Of a stretch of DNA of 64,000 nucleotides, positions 34,694-45,565 are shown in pieces. The notes beneath the pieces are model-generated. The model ran no database searches, was not told the origin of the DNA, and saw only the letters and a list, made by a program, of their open reading frames with translations. Numbering within the stretch: the stretch's first letter is position 1; every line of letters starts with the position of its first letter. The translations under genes were made by a program, and so were the position numbers. Source of the DNA: an uncultured Acidobacteriota bacterium (GTDB lineage Bacteria; Acidobacteriota; Thermoanaerobaculia; Multivoradales; UBA5704); the NCBI GenBank assembly GCA_963770895.1, contig CAVYRF010000002.1:2688001-2752000 (forward strand), written 5' to 3'.

Positions 34694-37600
34694 TGTGCCG
34701 GCGGCTCCGCCCTGAGGAGCGTCCACAGCACCGGCGCTGCGAACAGCCCGCCCAGCAGCATGCCGGCGCCGCCGCACAGCACGACGCCGGCGAAGGGCCT
34801 GGCCAGGTCGCCCACCGGGCTGCGCAAAACCAGCAAGCCGGCAAGCGCCGGCAACGCCAGCAGGCAGCTGGCAATCAGCGGCCGGAACAGCTCCCCGGCC
34901 GCCGTGGCAGCTGCGGTCGCCGGGCTTGCCGTGGCCGCGGCGGTCGGTGCGATCGCCGTGTTTGCCGCGGTCGCCGTAGTCGCCGCGGTGGTCGCTGCTG
35001 TTGCCGCGGTTGCTGCGGTTACCGCGGTTGCCGTGGCCGGAGTGGCCGCCGCAGTCGCCGGGGTTGCTGCGGTCGCCGTGGTCATCACAGCGGACGTGTC
35101 GCCGGCGTACCTGGCGTCGCTGGGGTTGCTGGCATCGCTGGAGTTGCTGGCGGCGGGGTGCCGCAGTTCGCGCTCGGCTCGCCGCACGAACAGCAGGGCT
35201 GGGCGCAGGCCGAGGGCGCCGATCACCACCCAGCCGACCGCGGCTGGCAGCCGCGAGGGGCCCGGCCAGGCGAGCGCCGCCGCCGTGGCGCAGGCGAGCG
35301 GCGCGATCGTTGCCGCCAGCGCCGCCAGGGTTGCGGCCGCCGCCGGCGTCGCGCCGCGGCGCAGGAAAAGGCCGGCCGCGGCTGCCAGCAGGCCGGCGCC
35401 CAGCGCCACCACGAAGCGGCCGGCGACGGCGGCCGGCGGCAGCGCGGTGCCCGGGACGTAGAGCTGGGCGCCGGGCGGCACCTGCAACCGGCCGAGGGTC
35501 GCGGCGATCGTCCCGGCGCATGGCAACCGCACCGCGGCGTTGCCGTCCAGGCGCCACACCGGCCGCGGCGCCGGTTGCAGGCTGAGGACGGCGAGGGCTT
35601 CCAGGGGGACGATGCCCGCGGCCATGGGAGGGCGGGCCGGGCTCGCCGCGTCCTCGGTCAGGGGCGGGCGCGGTTGGCTCGCCGTGTCGTCGGAGGCCTG
35701 GCCGGCGGCCGGTTCGCCGTTCGGTGCGGCAGCCAGCCGGATGGGGAGGGCCGCCAGGTCGGCCGGAGTCTCGGCGGCAAGGTGGACCTGGGGCGCCAGT
35801 CCGGGAATGTCCAGGTGCCCAAGGTCGCTGCCGCCGAGCGCTGCCGCCACCTGCCGGTCCAGGTCGGCCGCGGTGCCGGCGATGGCGGCCAGTGGGGCCG
35901 GCCGCCAGGTGAGCTGCATCTGCGTCGCGAGCACGGCCGCCGGCGCCGGGTTGCCGCAAAGCCCGGCAACCTGTTGCGCCAGCCGGTCGCGCGCGGCTGG
36001 CGCCGCGCCGCCGGCGTAGACCGCCAGGGGACCGTCCCGCCGGTCCAGGTCCGAGGGCGCCGGCGCCAGGTGGGCGTCGCTCAGGTCGGAGCGCCGGGCC
36101 AGCAGCTGTTGCAGCCGGTCGCGGGCCTGGCGCGCCGCGGCGCCGGTCGGCAGATCGATGCGGATCGCGCCGCCGCCGGCACCGCCGTCGTCCCCGCCGG
36201 GGCCGCTGTCATCGCCGTCACCGTCGGCGTCGTCGTTGGCGTCGCCGAGGCCGCCGCCGGTCGCGTCGCCGTCGATCGCGCCAACGGCGTCGCCGGTCCG
36301 CCGCAGTTGTCGGGCGACAGGCGCCGAACGCGAAGTCACCGCGCCGCCCAGGTCCGCCACCGCGGCGCGAACCGCGTCGTCGAGCGCCCTGCCGTGCGCC
36401 GCCGCGGCATCCGCCGGCAGGTTTGCCGGCAGCGTGAAGGACAGATCCAACCCCGCGGCGCTGTCGGCCGCACCCCCAGGCCTGCCATGGGCGAGCAGCA
36501 CACCGCCCGCGGCCAGCAGGGTCGCGGCTGCCGCGACGCCGGCCAGCGCCAGGCGCGGCCGGGCAAGGCAGCGGCTCAGCAGGCGCAGATACGGCACCGG
36601 AGCCGCAGCCAGATCCAGGCGCCGGCCGCCACGGTCGCCGGGAGCCGTGCCGGCGCCGCCGGCGCGCCACGCGAGCCTGGCGGAGGTCGAAGAGGTCGAG
36701 GCGGTCGAAAGAACCCATGCCGTCGCCGCCGTCAAGGCGCAGGCGACGATCCCCAACCGACCCGCGGCCAGCGCACCGGCCGCCAGAACCACCGCCGCCG
36801 CCACGTTGGCGATCGCCAGGTCCCCCGCCGCCGGCGGCAGGATGCGGTGGCGCGCAAGCTCGCCGCCGCCGCTCACCGGCGGCGCCGCCGCCTGCGCCGG
36901 CAGGGGCGCTGCCGTCGCCGTCACGGGACCGAGCAGCAGCAAGCCGGCGGTGCCGCAAAGTGCGATCAGCGCCAGCAGGTCGGGGGTGGCGCCGGCCGCC
37001 AGCAGCAGGCCGCTGGTCGTCAGCAGTACGGCGGGAACGCCGGCGGCGAGCGCGGCGGCGTGCCGCCAACGGCCCAGAACCCAACGCAGCGGCGCGACGG
37101 CGGCCAGCAAGCCGGCGGCGGCGACCGCACAGAGCAGGAGCAAGCCCTGCCAGGCCTGCTGCCCGCCATCGGTGACCCAGCACAGGCGCAAGCCGTCGGG
37201 AGTGCGGCCGGTGACGTCGGCCAATCGCCGATGCGCGGCGCGCGACAGCGCCGCGTCGTCGGCGCCGGGGGCACGAAAGATCCGCAGCAGCGTCCCTTCG
37301 TGCCCGTCGCGGCGGAACCAGGTGCCGTCGCCGATCGCGCTCGCCTCGACGCGCGCCACGTCGCGCAGGGCGACCGGGCCGCCCGGTGCATCCAGGGAAA
37401 TCGCCGCCAGCTGCGCCAGGCTGGACACCGTTTCCCGCACCACCAGGGGGTGGGTTCCGGCGCCGTCGCGTGCCTGACCGGCCAGGGTCGCAAGGCCCAT
37501 CTGGCGCAGGCGCGCGGCGACGTCGGCGGCTGCCAGGCCGCGCCCCGCCAGAGCCGCCGCCAGCGGGGTGACGACGGCGCGCGGTGTGGCCAGGCCGTAG

Positions 37601-38151
37601 ACCTGGATGCGTTCGACGCCGGGGAGCGCCGCAAGCTCGGGCACCAGGACTTGCGACACGAAGGCCGCCCGCTCGCCGGCCACGGCTTTCGCGCCGGCTC
37701 CATCCGCCGCTCGATCACCCCCGGCATCGACCACGGCCACTTCGAGGCTCGGCAGCGATTCGCCGGCGGTGACCCGCAGCACCAGGTTTTCCAGGCCGAG
37801 GTCGCCGGCGCCGTCCAGAACCTCGCGCGCCGCCAGCCGCAGGCGGTCCAGATCGCCGCCCGGCTCGCTGGCGATCTCCATTCGGACACCGCCGTCCTGC
37901 GTCCTGCTCACCACCGCGGCGACGCCGTCGAGCGCCCGCAGGCGTTGCTCCAGGATGGGGGTGACGCGCTTCAGCAGATCGTGCCCCGGCCGCCCCGGCG
38001 CCGGCGCTTCGACGACCAGGACCGGCGCCTGCCGGTAGGGCAGCAGCCCTTCTCCCCAGCGCGCCAGGCCGAGGGCGCCGAGCAGGGCGATCACCAACCA
38101 GGCCGCCGCCAGGGCGGCCCGCCGCCGCGGCGGTCCGCCGCGGGCGGTCAA
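34690..38151 (-). CDS. Divergent RND (AcrB/CzcA-like) permease subunit
   Basis: LLP...P.LVV, RVTPILEQRL..LDGV, ELAALPGVERIQVYG and PVALRDVARV motifs; TTGA-coupled start. Confidence 0.8.
34910..35150 (-). repeat. In-frame Ala/Thr-rich 9-bp and 18-bp microrepeat insertion in the RND gene
   Basis: ASNSSDASNPSD followed by TTATAATPATAAATPATAT... Confidence 0.7.
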
Positions 38152-39899
38152 GGCAGCGGTGCTCCCGCCGCCTCTGCCGGGCCGGTCGAATCGGCGCCCG
38201 GCGGCTCCTCGCGAACGGCGGCACCGTTGCTCAGCGCGGCGGTGCCGTGCACCACCACCTTGTTGCCGGGCCGCAGGCCGCCGATCACCTCCACCCGCCC
38301 GCCGGCGCGCCCGCCGGTCGTCACCGGCTGCAGGCGGGCGCGTGGCGGCTGGCTGCCGGAGACCACGAACGCCGCCTGCCCCGCGGCGGTCATGACCAGC
38401 GCTTCTTCCGGCACGGTGATCGCCTGGCGCGGGTCGAGCGCCACCTCCAGCTGCACGCCTTCGCCGGCGATCGGCTGCCGGCGGACCTGGTCCACCCTGG
38501 CGAGGATGAGGGCGGCGCCGGTGGCATCGACGGCCGGCGGCACCTCGGAGATCGTGACCGTCCCCTGGTCGTCGCCTTCGGCGGTGCGCATGCTGCCGGC
38601 CAGGCCGGCGTGCAGCAGCGCGATCTCGGCGGGCGTGGCGCGCGCGGCGACCTGCAGGTTGCCCGGTCCGACGATCTCCGCCAGCTCGGTGTCGTGCAGT
38701 ACCTGCGAGCCGTCGGGCAGGGTGTTGGCGATCGCCAGGCGGCCGGCCATCGGCGCCCGCACCAGCAGGTGAGCGGCGAGCACCTGGGCGTGCCGGTAGC
38801 GCGCTTCGGCGAGCGATTCCTGCACCTTGGTGTGTTCCAGCTCGACGCGCGGGATCAGCCCCTGCGCGAAGGAGCGCTGGCTGCGATCGAGGTCGGCCTT
38901 TGCCGACTCGAGGGCCAGCCGCGCCTCCTCCAGGCCCAGGTCCAGGGTGGGGTTGGCGATGGTCAGCAGCACCTCGCCCGCCGCCACCTGGGCGCCGGTC
39001 GGCAGCCGCCCCGGAAAGCGGGCGGGGTAGTGCACGACGCCCTCGGCCGGTGCCTTGACCAGCATCGAGCGCGCCGGCCGCAGCACGCCGAGCAGCAGGA
39101 CGGTCGGCTGGAAGGGGGCGCGCTGGACGGTCTCGGTCTGCACCGTCCACATCCGGTCCGCCGGCGGATCGACCGGTTCGGGGCCGCAACCCAGGAGGCT
39201 GAGCAGCACGCCGGCCAGGACCAGGACCGTCGCGGCGAGCGGCGCGGCGCCGGCCAGGCGGCGGCGCGCGAACAGCAGCAGGGCCGCCGCCGCCGCTCCC
39301 AGCACAAGCCAGCTGGCGAGCGCCGTGCCGATCTCGGCGGCGCTGCCAAACACCGCATGCGGCGCCGCTTCGGGCGGCGGCACCGGATTGTGGCCGAGCC
39401 AGGGCCAGGCCGCCGCGGCGCTCAGCAGGGTCGCGGCCCAGGTGCCCCCCGCGGAGGCGAAGCGCGCCCCCCAGAACAGCGCGGCGGCGCCCAGGAAGGC
39501 GGCGGCCATCGCCGGCTGGACCAGGGCCGGCAGCAGCGGGAAGGAGCGGGACGCGTGCAGCCACAGCAGGGCGACGACCAGCCAGCTCTGGGCCGTGGCC
39601 AGCGCGACCAGCAGGGCCAGCCGGCGTTCGAAATAGCGCCCGCCGCGCGGCAGCGCCAGCGCCATCTCAAGGCTGCCGGCGCGGCGCTCGATCGCCACCA
39701 CCTCGGACATGGGCAGCACCCCCAGGAGCAGCAGCGGCAGCAGGACCAGCACGGCATAGAACGTGCGCGGCTGGTCGCCGCCGAACAGCGCCGCGAGCAG
39801 ACCGCCGCCCAGGAGCAGGGCGTCCGCGGCGACGAAGAGCGCGGTCCGGCCGGCGAACGGCAGCGCCAGCTGGCTGGCCAGGCGGGCGCGCCGGTTCAA
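38148..39899 (-). CDS. ABC-2-type permease domain fused to an RND membrane fusion protein (periplasmic adaptor)
   Basis: N-terminal TMs with ERRAGSLEMALALP; then APAEGVV, an alpha-hairpin, VRAPMAG, VPEEAL and GLRPGNKVVV; GAGGAG SD before TTG. Confidence 0.78.
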   Translation of the reverse strand: MNRRARLASQLALPFAGRTALFVAADALLLGGGLLAALFGGDQPRTFYAVLVLLPLLLLGVLPMSEVVAIERRAGSLEMALALPRGGRYFERRLALLVALATAQSWLVVALLWLHASRSFPLLPALVQPAMAAAFLGAAALFWGARFASAGGTWAATLLSAAAAWPWLGHNPVPPPEAAPHAVFGSAAEIGTALASWLVLGAAAAALLLFARRRLAGAAPLAATVLVLAGVLLSLLGCGPEPVDPPADRMWTVQTETVQRAPFQPTVLLLGVLRPARSMLVKAPAEGVVHYPARFPGRLPTGAQVAAGEVLLTIANPTLDLGLEEARLALESAKADLDRSQRSFAQGLIPRVELEHTKVQESLAEARYRHAQVLAAHLLVRAPMAGRLAIANTLPDGSQVLHDTELAEIVGPGNLQVAARATPAEIALLHAGLAGSMRTAEGDDQGTVTISEVPPAVDATGAALILARVDQVRRQPIAGEGVQLEVALDPRQAITVPEEALVMTAAGQAAFVVSGSQPPRARLQPVTTGGRAGGRVEVIGGLRPGNKVVVHGTAALSNGAAVREEPPGADSTGPAEAAGAPLP

Positions 39900-42649
39900 C
39901 GCGTCTCCTCCTGGAAGCCGACGTACTCGGCGATTCCCCCCGGCACCTTGGGGCGCAGGCGGTGGCAGGACTGCTGCGGGTCGAGCTCCAGGGACTGCGG
40001 CCGGTCGGCGGTCAGCAGGCGGAACGGGGTGTCGCCGCCGCCGTCGACCCTGACCACGGTGTCGATCGTGCCCAGGTCGGTATTGAGCAGCAGGGGGCAG
40101 ACCGCCTGTCCCGAGGTGCGGTTGGTGATCCGACCCGTCACCACCCAACCGGCGCCGCGCCGGTGCTCTTCGACCGCGGCCAGCGTCAGCTCCGGCAGCG
40201 CGGTGCCGACGAAGTAGTCGCGGTACAGGCCGGCCAGGGAGGTGCCGCCGGCGCGCTCCAGGTCGGCCAGCAGCTCTTCGATCGTGCCGGTGCCCGGCCG
40301 TGCCAGGAACGCGTCGAGGCCGCGCACCATGGCTGCGTCGCCGACGCGCGCCGTCAGGTCGGCGGCGACGGCGGCGAGCCGCTGCTGCCAGGTCGTCCAG
40401 CCCCAATAGCGCGCGTCGAGCAGAGCGATCTGTAGCAGCGGCACCTCCCAGCGCTGCACCGCCAGCACCGCACCGGTCGACGGGCCGATGCCCAGGCGCT
40501 GGGCGACCAGCGCGCGCACCAGCTCGCGAAACAGGAACTGCTGCCGTTCCACCACCTCCCGCCGGGCGAGCAGGGTGGCGCCGACCAGCTCCGCGACCAC
40601 CTGCTCGGCGGGCAGCGGCGCGCTGCGCGCCACCCAGCCTTCGGGCACCAGGACCAGGGCGCCGTGGATCTCCAGCTGCGGCCCGTCTCCCCAGAGCGGC
40701 GAGGGTTCGAGGCTGGCCGGACCGTCCAGCGCGTCGGCGTCGAAGGGCGGGCTCCATTCGAGCAGCACCGGCAGCGCCGGCGGGGCGGCTCCCGGCCACG
40801 CGTGCGGCAGGCCCGCCGCCAGGGTGCGCAACGATTCGTCGTAGGCGGGGCCGAGCGCCCGGTGCTGCGGCAGCAGGGCGAAGACCGGGCTGCGCGGATC
40901 GGCGGTGGCCGCCGTCGCGGCGCGGGCGCCGCGCAGCGCCAGGTCGTCGAGCGCGGTGCGGCAGCGGCCGCGCAGCAGGCCGGCGGCGTCCGAGTGGTGG
41001 CCGCAGGAGTCGGCCAGGAACAGCCGCGGCGGTACGGCGACGTCGATGTCCAGGTCGACTTCGCGCCGCAGCTTTTCGCGCAGCACCTGGGCGGTCTGGC
41101 TGCCGCGGGGCGCCAGCTCCAGGCTGCTGAAGCGCGGTACCGGCGCCAGGTCGGACGCCGCCAGCTCGATCCGCCGCGGCGACACCGCGCGCACTTCGTA
41201 GGAGGCCGACAGGTCGGTGAGGTCGTGCGCGATGCGGTCCGCCTGCATCTGGCGCCAGCGGGCAAAGAACGCCAGGCCGGGCGCGGGCAGGTTGAAGTGG
41301 ACCTGGGCCGGCCGGCCGGCGACGTCAAAGGTGAGGCGGCGCTGGTCGCCGTCTGCCAGCGGCGGCGCCACCACGACCTGGATGCGGTCCCAGCGGCGCT
41401 CGGCGGTGGCGCTGCCGCGGTCCGCCTGCAGGCGCGTGACGGCGAGCGCCGGGTTGAGCAGGAAGGCCAGCCGGGATACCGCCACGCCGCCGGTGTTGCG
41501 CACGTCCAGCGTCGCCCGCGTGGCGACCTGGCCGCCGGCCGCGATGGCGCCGCGCAGCGTGCAGCGGACCGGCACGATCGCCGGCGGGGTCGGCGCCGGC
41601 CAGCCGCTCACCTCGGCCGCGTAGCGCGCCGCCGCCAGGTCGCGATAGCGGCCGTCCCGCCAGGCGAAGGCCGCCGCCGCCAGCGCCAGCACGGCGACCG
41701 CCGCCACCAGCGCCAGGCGGTCGGCGGCGTCGGGCACGGGGTCGGGGGAGTAGCGCTGGCGCAGGCGATGGAGCAGGCGCAGGAAGTCCCGCAGCGGGTG
41801 GGTGGGAGCGATCCGCCAGGGTCTGGCATCGCGCTGGCCGCGGCGCAGAAAGCTGGCTGCCACGCCCAGAGCGGCCAGGCCGATCGCCAGGGCGATCGCC
41901 GCGGCGCCCAGCCACTGGCCGGCGGCAGCCAGGGCGTCGTAGCCGCCTTCGCTGGCGACGATGGCCGGGCGTGCGCCGTAGTGGCGGCCGTTCAGGTAGA
42001 GCTGGAGGCGCTCCGCCAGGCGGTCGCCGCCGATCCAGGCAGCGGCCGAGTCGACGTGGCGGCCGCCCGCGGCGAGCAGCAGGTTGAGGCCGCCGGGGAT
42101 GAGCAGCAGCGCCAGCAGGCCCTGGACGCCGCCCGCCAGCACGCCGTCGGCGATGGTGCACATGCCGAGGCCGAGCGCCGACCCGGCGATCGCTACCGGC
42201 ATCACCCGCAGCGCCCAGGGCGCGACGACGTTGGTCCACTCCGGCGCCGGCGCCCGCGCCGCGAACGCCAGGGCGCAGGCGACGCCCAGAGGCAGCAGCG
42301 ACAGGCCGACGACGATCACGGCGAGCGCCAGCCAGCGCCGCAGCAGGTACCCGGCGTTGCCGGTCGCGCTGGTGGTCAAGGCGATCCACATGCCCTGGCC
42401 GCGCTCGCGCAGGATGCCGTCGCTGCTGGCGAGCAGCGCAAACAGGGCGGTGGCCGGCGGCAGCACCGTCAGCACTTCCGCGGCGTAGGTGGCGGCGCCC
42501 AGCTGCGTCGCCGTTTGCAGGCGAACCAGGTAGACCACCACCGCGGGCGCCGAGCACAGCGCCAGGTAGACACCGGCAGCGATGCGGAAGCGCGCCGAAC
42601 GCAGCGCGGTCCGCGCTTCGTGCGCCAGGAAGTACAGGGTCAGGCGCAC
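39896..42649 (-). CDS. ABC-2 permease fused to an M1-aminopeptidase-like ectodomain lacking HEXXH
   Basis: N-terminal TMs (RERGQG..IALT); FLLNPALAV, VGDAAMVRGL, LYRDYFVG..LP and LELDP typical of ABC/M1 fusions. Confidence 0.68.
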   Translation of the reverse strand: MRLTLYFLAHEARTALRSARFRIAAGVYLALCSAPAVVVYLVRLQTATQLGAATYAAEVLTVLPPATALFALLASSDGILRERGQGMWIALTTSATGNAGYLLRRWLALAVIVVGLSLLPLGVACALAFAARAPAPEWTNVVAPWALRVMPVAIAGSALGLGMCTIADGVLAGGVQGLLALLLIPGGLNLLLAAGGRHVDSAAAWIGGDRLAERLQLYLNGRHYGARPAIVASEGGYDALAAAGQWLGAAAIALAIGLAALGVAASFLRRGQRDARPWRIAPTHPLRDFLRLLHRLRQRYSPDPVPDAADRLALVAAVAVLALAAAAFAWRDGRYRDLAAARYAAEVSGWPAPTPPAIVPVRCTLRGAIAAGGQVATRATLDVRNTGGVAVSRLAFLLNPALAVTRLQADRGSATAERRWDRIQVVVAPPLADGDQRRLTFDVAGRPAQVHFNLPAPGLAFFARWRQMQADRIAHDLTDLSASYEVRAVSPRRIELAASDLAPVPRFSSLELAPRGSQTAQVLREKLRREVDLDIDVAVPPRLFLADSCGHHSDAAGLLRGRCRTALDDLALRGARAATAATADPRSPVFALLPQHRALGPAYDESLRTLAAGLPHAWPGAAPPALPVLLEWSPPFDADALDGPASLEPSPLWGDGPQLEIHGALVLVPEGWVARSAPLPAEQVVAELVGATLLARREVVERQQFLFRELVRALVAQRLGIGPSTGAVLAVQRWEVPLLQIALLDARYWGWTTWQQRLAAVAADLTARVGDAAMVRGLDAFLARPGTGTIEELLADLERAGGTSLAGLYRDYFVGTALPELTLAAVEEHRRGAGWVVTGRITNRTSGQAVCPLLLNTDLGTIDTVVRVDGGGDTPFRLLTADRPQSLELDPQQSCHRLRPKVPGGIAEYVGFQEETR

Positions 42650-43536
42650 TGCGGTGCCCCGCCCGCGGCCGCCGGCTGCCAGCCGAGAAAGGCGCGGTAG
42701 GCGGATTCCAGGTCGGGTTCGCGCGGCTGCGCGCCGGCGATGGGCTGGCGCGTCGCCACCACCGTCGCGGTGCCGGCCTGCCCATCGGCGCGCAGTCCCA
42801 GGTCCAGGCTGCCGGGCGGCAGCGGCGTGCCGGGGCTCACCAGGTACAGGCGGCCCGCGAGGCGCCGCATCAGCTCCGCCGGCGTGCCGTCGAACAGCAT
42901 GCGGCCCGCCGCGATGACGCCGATGCGGGCGCAGGTCGCCTCGACGTCTTCGACGATGTGGGTCGACAGGATCACCGTCGCCGCGGCCGCGACGTCGGCG
43001 ATCAGGTTGCGAAAGCGGATGCGCTCTTCGGGGTCGAGGCCGGCGGTGGGCTCGTCGATGACCAGCAGGCGCGGCCGGTGGATGAGGGCCTGGGCCAGGC
43101 CGAGGCGACGGCGCATGCCGCCCGAAAAGGTGGTGGCCGGGCGGTTGGCCGCGGCCGTCAGGTCCACCGCGTCCAACACCTGGCGCACCCGCTGCCGCAG
43201 AAGGGCGGCGGGCAGGCCGGGAAACCGCAGGCGCCCGCAATGGGCGAGGTATTCGCCGCCGGTCAGGCCGGCGAGCGGTGCAAAATCCTGCGGCAGAAAA
43301 CCGATCTGGCGGCGCAGGGCGCGGCGGTGGCGCGGCGAGCTCACGTCCTGACCGTCGTAGAGCCGGCTGCCGCGGCTGGGCTCCAGCGCCAACACCAGGA
43401 TCGACAGCAGCGTGGTCTTGCCGGCGCCGTTGGGCCCCAGCAGGCCGAACAGCCCTCCGTCGAGCGCCAGGTCGATGCCCTGAAGCGCCACCGTGCCGTC
43501 GCCAAACGTCTTGGCGAGATCGCGCACTGCAAGCAT
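42640..43536 (-). CDS. ABC transporter ATP-binding protein (ABC-2 exporter type)
   Basis: GLLGPNGAGKTT, FSGGMRRR, DEPTAGLDPEER and STH motifs. Confidence 0.93.
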   Translation of the reverse strand: MLAVRDLAKTFGDGTVALQGIDLALDGGLFGLLGPNGAGKTTLLSILVLALEPSRGSRLYDGQDVSSPRHRRALRRQIGFLPQDFAPLAGLTGGEYLAHCGRLRFPGLPAALLRQRVRQVLDAVDLTAAANRPATTFSGGMRRRLGLAQALIHRPRLLVIDEPTAGLDPEERIRFRNLIADVAAAATVILSTHIVEDVEATCARIGVIAAGRMLFDGTPAELMRRLAGRLYLVSPGTPLPPGSLDLGLRADGQAGTATVVATRQPIAGAQPREPDLESAYRAFLGWQPAAAGGAPQCA

Positions 43537-43600
43537 GGCCGGAAGACTACAGGAAGGCCCGCAAGGTGTCATGGACGGTGGCGCCTGGTATCTTTGGCCG

Positions 43601-45565
43601 ATGAGCGAAGCCGAGTCGCCGCACGAAGAGGAAGAGATCCTCGGCAAGGCATACGACGCCCGGTTGATGCGGCGTCTATTGAGCTATGTCAAGCCTTACC
43701 GCGGGATGACCCTCGCATCGGTGGCGCTGATCCTGGTGTCGTCGGTGCTGCAGCTGGTCGGGCCGCTGGTCACGGCGGTGGCGCTCGACCTGTTCATGCG
43801 GCCGGACGCGCCGCGCGGCGCCGTGCTGTCCAACGCCGGCCGCGCCGTGCGCGACGTGATGATCGCGCACGGCATCGACCCGCGGCTGGTGCAGCCGCAG
43901 GGGCTGGCGGTGGCGGCGATCGTCTACCTGGCCGCCGTGGCGCTCACCTTCGTCACCGTCTATGCCGAAGGCTACGTGATGCAGCTGATGGGTCAGTACA
44001 TCATGTACGACCTGCGCCGCCAGATCTTCCGCCGCCTGCAGGAGCTGCCGATTGCATTTTTCGATCGCAATCCGATCGGCCGCCTGGTGACGCGCGTCAC
44101 CACCGACGTCGACGCGCTCAACGAAATGTTCACCTCCGGGCTGGTCGAGCTGATCGGCGACGTGCTGCTGCTCGGCGGCATCGTGGTGGTGCTGTTCTGG
44201 CTGGATTGGCGCCTGGCGCTGGTCGCCTTCGCGATCGTGCCGCTTTTGGCGCTGTTCACGCTGTGGTTCCGCGTCGGAGTGCGGCAGGCGTTCCGCAGCG
44301 TGCGGGTGAAGATCGCCAGCATCAATACCTTTCTACAGGAGCACATCACCGGCATGCCGGTGGTGCAGCTGTTCGGCCGCGAGCAGCGGGCCTACGACGA
44401 GTTTGCCGACATCAACGACAATCACCGCATCGCCAACGTGCGCTCGATCTTCTACTACGCCATGTACTACCCCGGGGTGGAGCTGATCACCGCGGCGGGG
44501 CTGGGCGCGCTGATCTGGGCCGGCGGCAGCCAGGTGCTGTCCCGCACCGTGTCGGTGGGCGCATTGATCGCTTTTCTGCAGTACGCCCAGCGCTTCTACC
44601 TGCCGCTTTCGGACCTGTCGGAAAAGTACAACATCCTGCAGGGGGCGATGGCCAGCTCCGAGCGCATCTTCCGGCTGCTCGACACGCCGGTGGCGATCGC
44701 CTCGCCGCCCGCCGCGCACGCGGTGCAGCCGGTGCGCGGCGACCTCGAGCTGGACCGGGTGACGTTCAGCTACCTGCCGGGAGAACCGGTGCTCAAGCAG
44801 GTGTCCTTCCGCGTGCGGCCGGGGGAAACGCTGGCGGTCGTCGGTCACACCGGCGCGGGCAAGAGCACGCTGGCCAACCTCCTGTTGCGCTTCTACGACG
44901 TCGATTCGGGTGCGGTACGGGTGGACGGCGTGGACGTGCGGCAGTGGTCGCTGCCGCTGCTGCGCCGCTCGATCGGCCTGGTGTTGCAGGACGTGTTCCT
45001 GTTCTCGGGCACCGTCGCCGGCAACATCCGCCTGGGCGAACCGGCGATCGACGAAGGGCGGCTGCGCTGGGCCGCCGGCGAAGTGCACGCGCTGCCCTTC
45101 ATCGAACGCCTGCCGGACGGGCTCGCCACCGCCGTGCGCGAGCGCGGTGCCGGTCTGTCGGTGGGGCAGAAGCAGCTGATCGCCTTTGCCCGCGCCCTGG
45201 CCTTCGATCCGGCGGTGCTGATCCTGGACGAAGCGACCTCGTCGATCGACACCGAGACCGAGCGGGCGATCCAGCAGGCGCTCGATCGCCTGCTACGCGG
45301 CCGCACCAGCGTGGTCATCGCCCACCGGCTGTCCACCATCCAGCGCGCCGACCGCATCCTGGTCATGCACAAAGGCGAGGTGCGCGAGCTGGGAACCCAC
45401 CAGGAGCTGCTCGCCCTGCGCGGCATCTACTACCGCCTCTACCTCCTGCAATACCAGGAGCAGGAGCTGGCGATCCACGCCCAGCAGGAGCACCGCCAGG
45501 CGGCTGCCGGCGCGTTATCCTTAGAAGCCGGTGAAGCAGCTCAGCCTCTTCGACTCGGGTCCTGA
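43601..45565 (+). CDS. ABC exporter, permease plus ATPase (MdlB/MsbA-like)
   Basis: GKAYDARL, TM domain, GHTGAGKST, LSVGQKQ and LDEATS motifs. Confidence 0.92.
   Translation: MSEAESPHEEEEILGKAYDARLMRRLLSYVKPYRGMTLASVALILVSSVLQLVGPLVTAVALDLFMRPDAPRGAVLSNAGRAVRDVMIAHGIDPRLVQPQGLAVAAIVYLAAVALTFVTVYAEGYVMQLMGQYIMYDLRRQIFRRLQELPIAFFDRNPIGRLVTRVTTDVDALNEMFTSGLVELIGDVLLLGGIVVVLFWLDWRLALVAFAIVPLLALFTLWFRVGVRQAFRSVRVKIASINTFLQEHITGMPVVQLFGREQRAYDEFADINDNHRIANVRSIFYYAMYYPGVELITAAGLGALIWAGGSQVLSRTVSVGALIAFLQYAQRFYLPLSDLSEKYNILQGAMASSERIFRLLDTPVAIASPPAAHAVQPVRGDLELDRVTFSYLPGEPVLKQVSFRVRPGETLAVVGHTGAGKSTLANLLLRFYDVDSGAVRVDGVDVRQWSLPLLRRSIGLVLQDVFLFSGTVAGNIRLGEPAIDEGRLRWAAGEVHALPFIERLPDGLATAVRERGAGLSVGQKQLIAFARALAFDPAVLILDEATSSIDTETERAIQQALDRLLRGRTSVVIAHRLSTIQRADRILVMHKGEVRELGTHQELLALRGIYYRLYLLQYQEQELAIHAQQEHRQAAAGALSLEAGEAAQPLRLGS

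Noticed and set aside
43601-45565. ABC exporter as the RiPP transporter (LanT)
   Set aside because: Divergently transcribed, no peptidase domain, ordinary MdlB-like, and it overlaps the addB operon.
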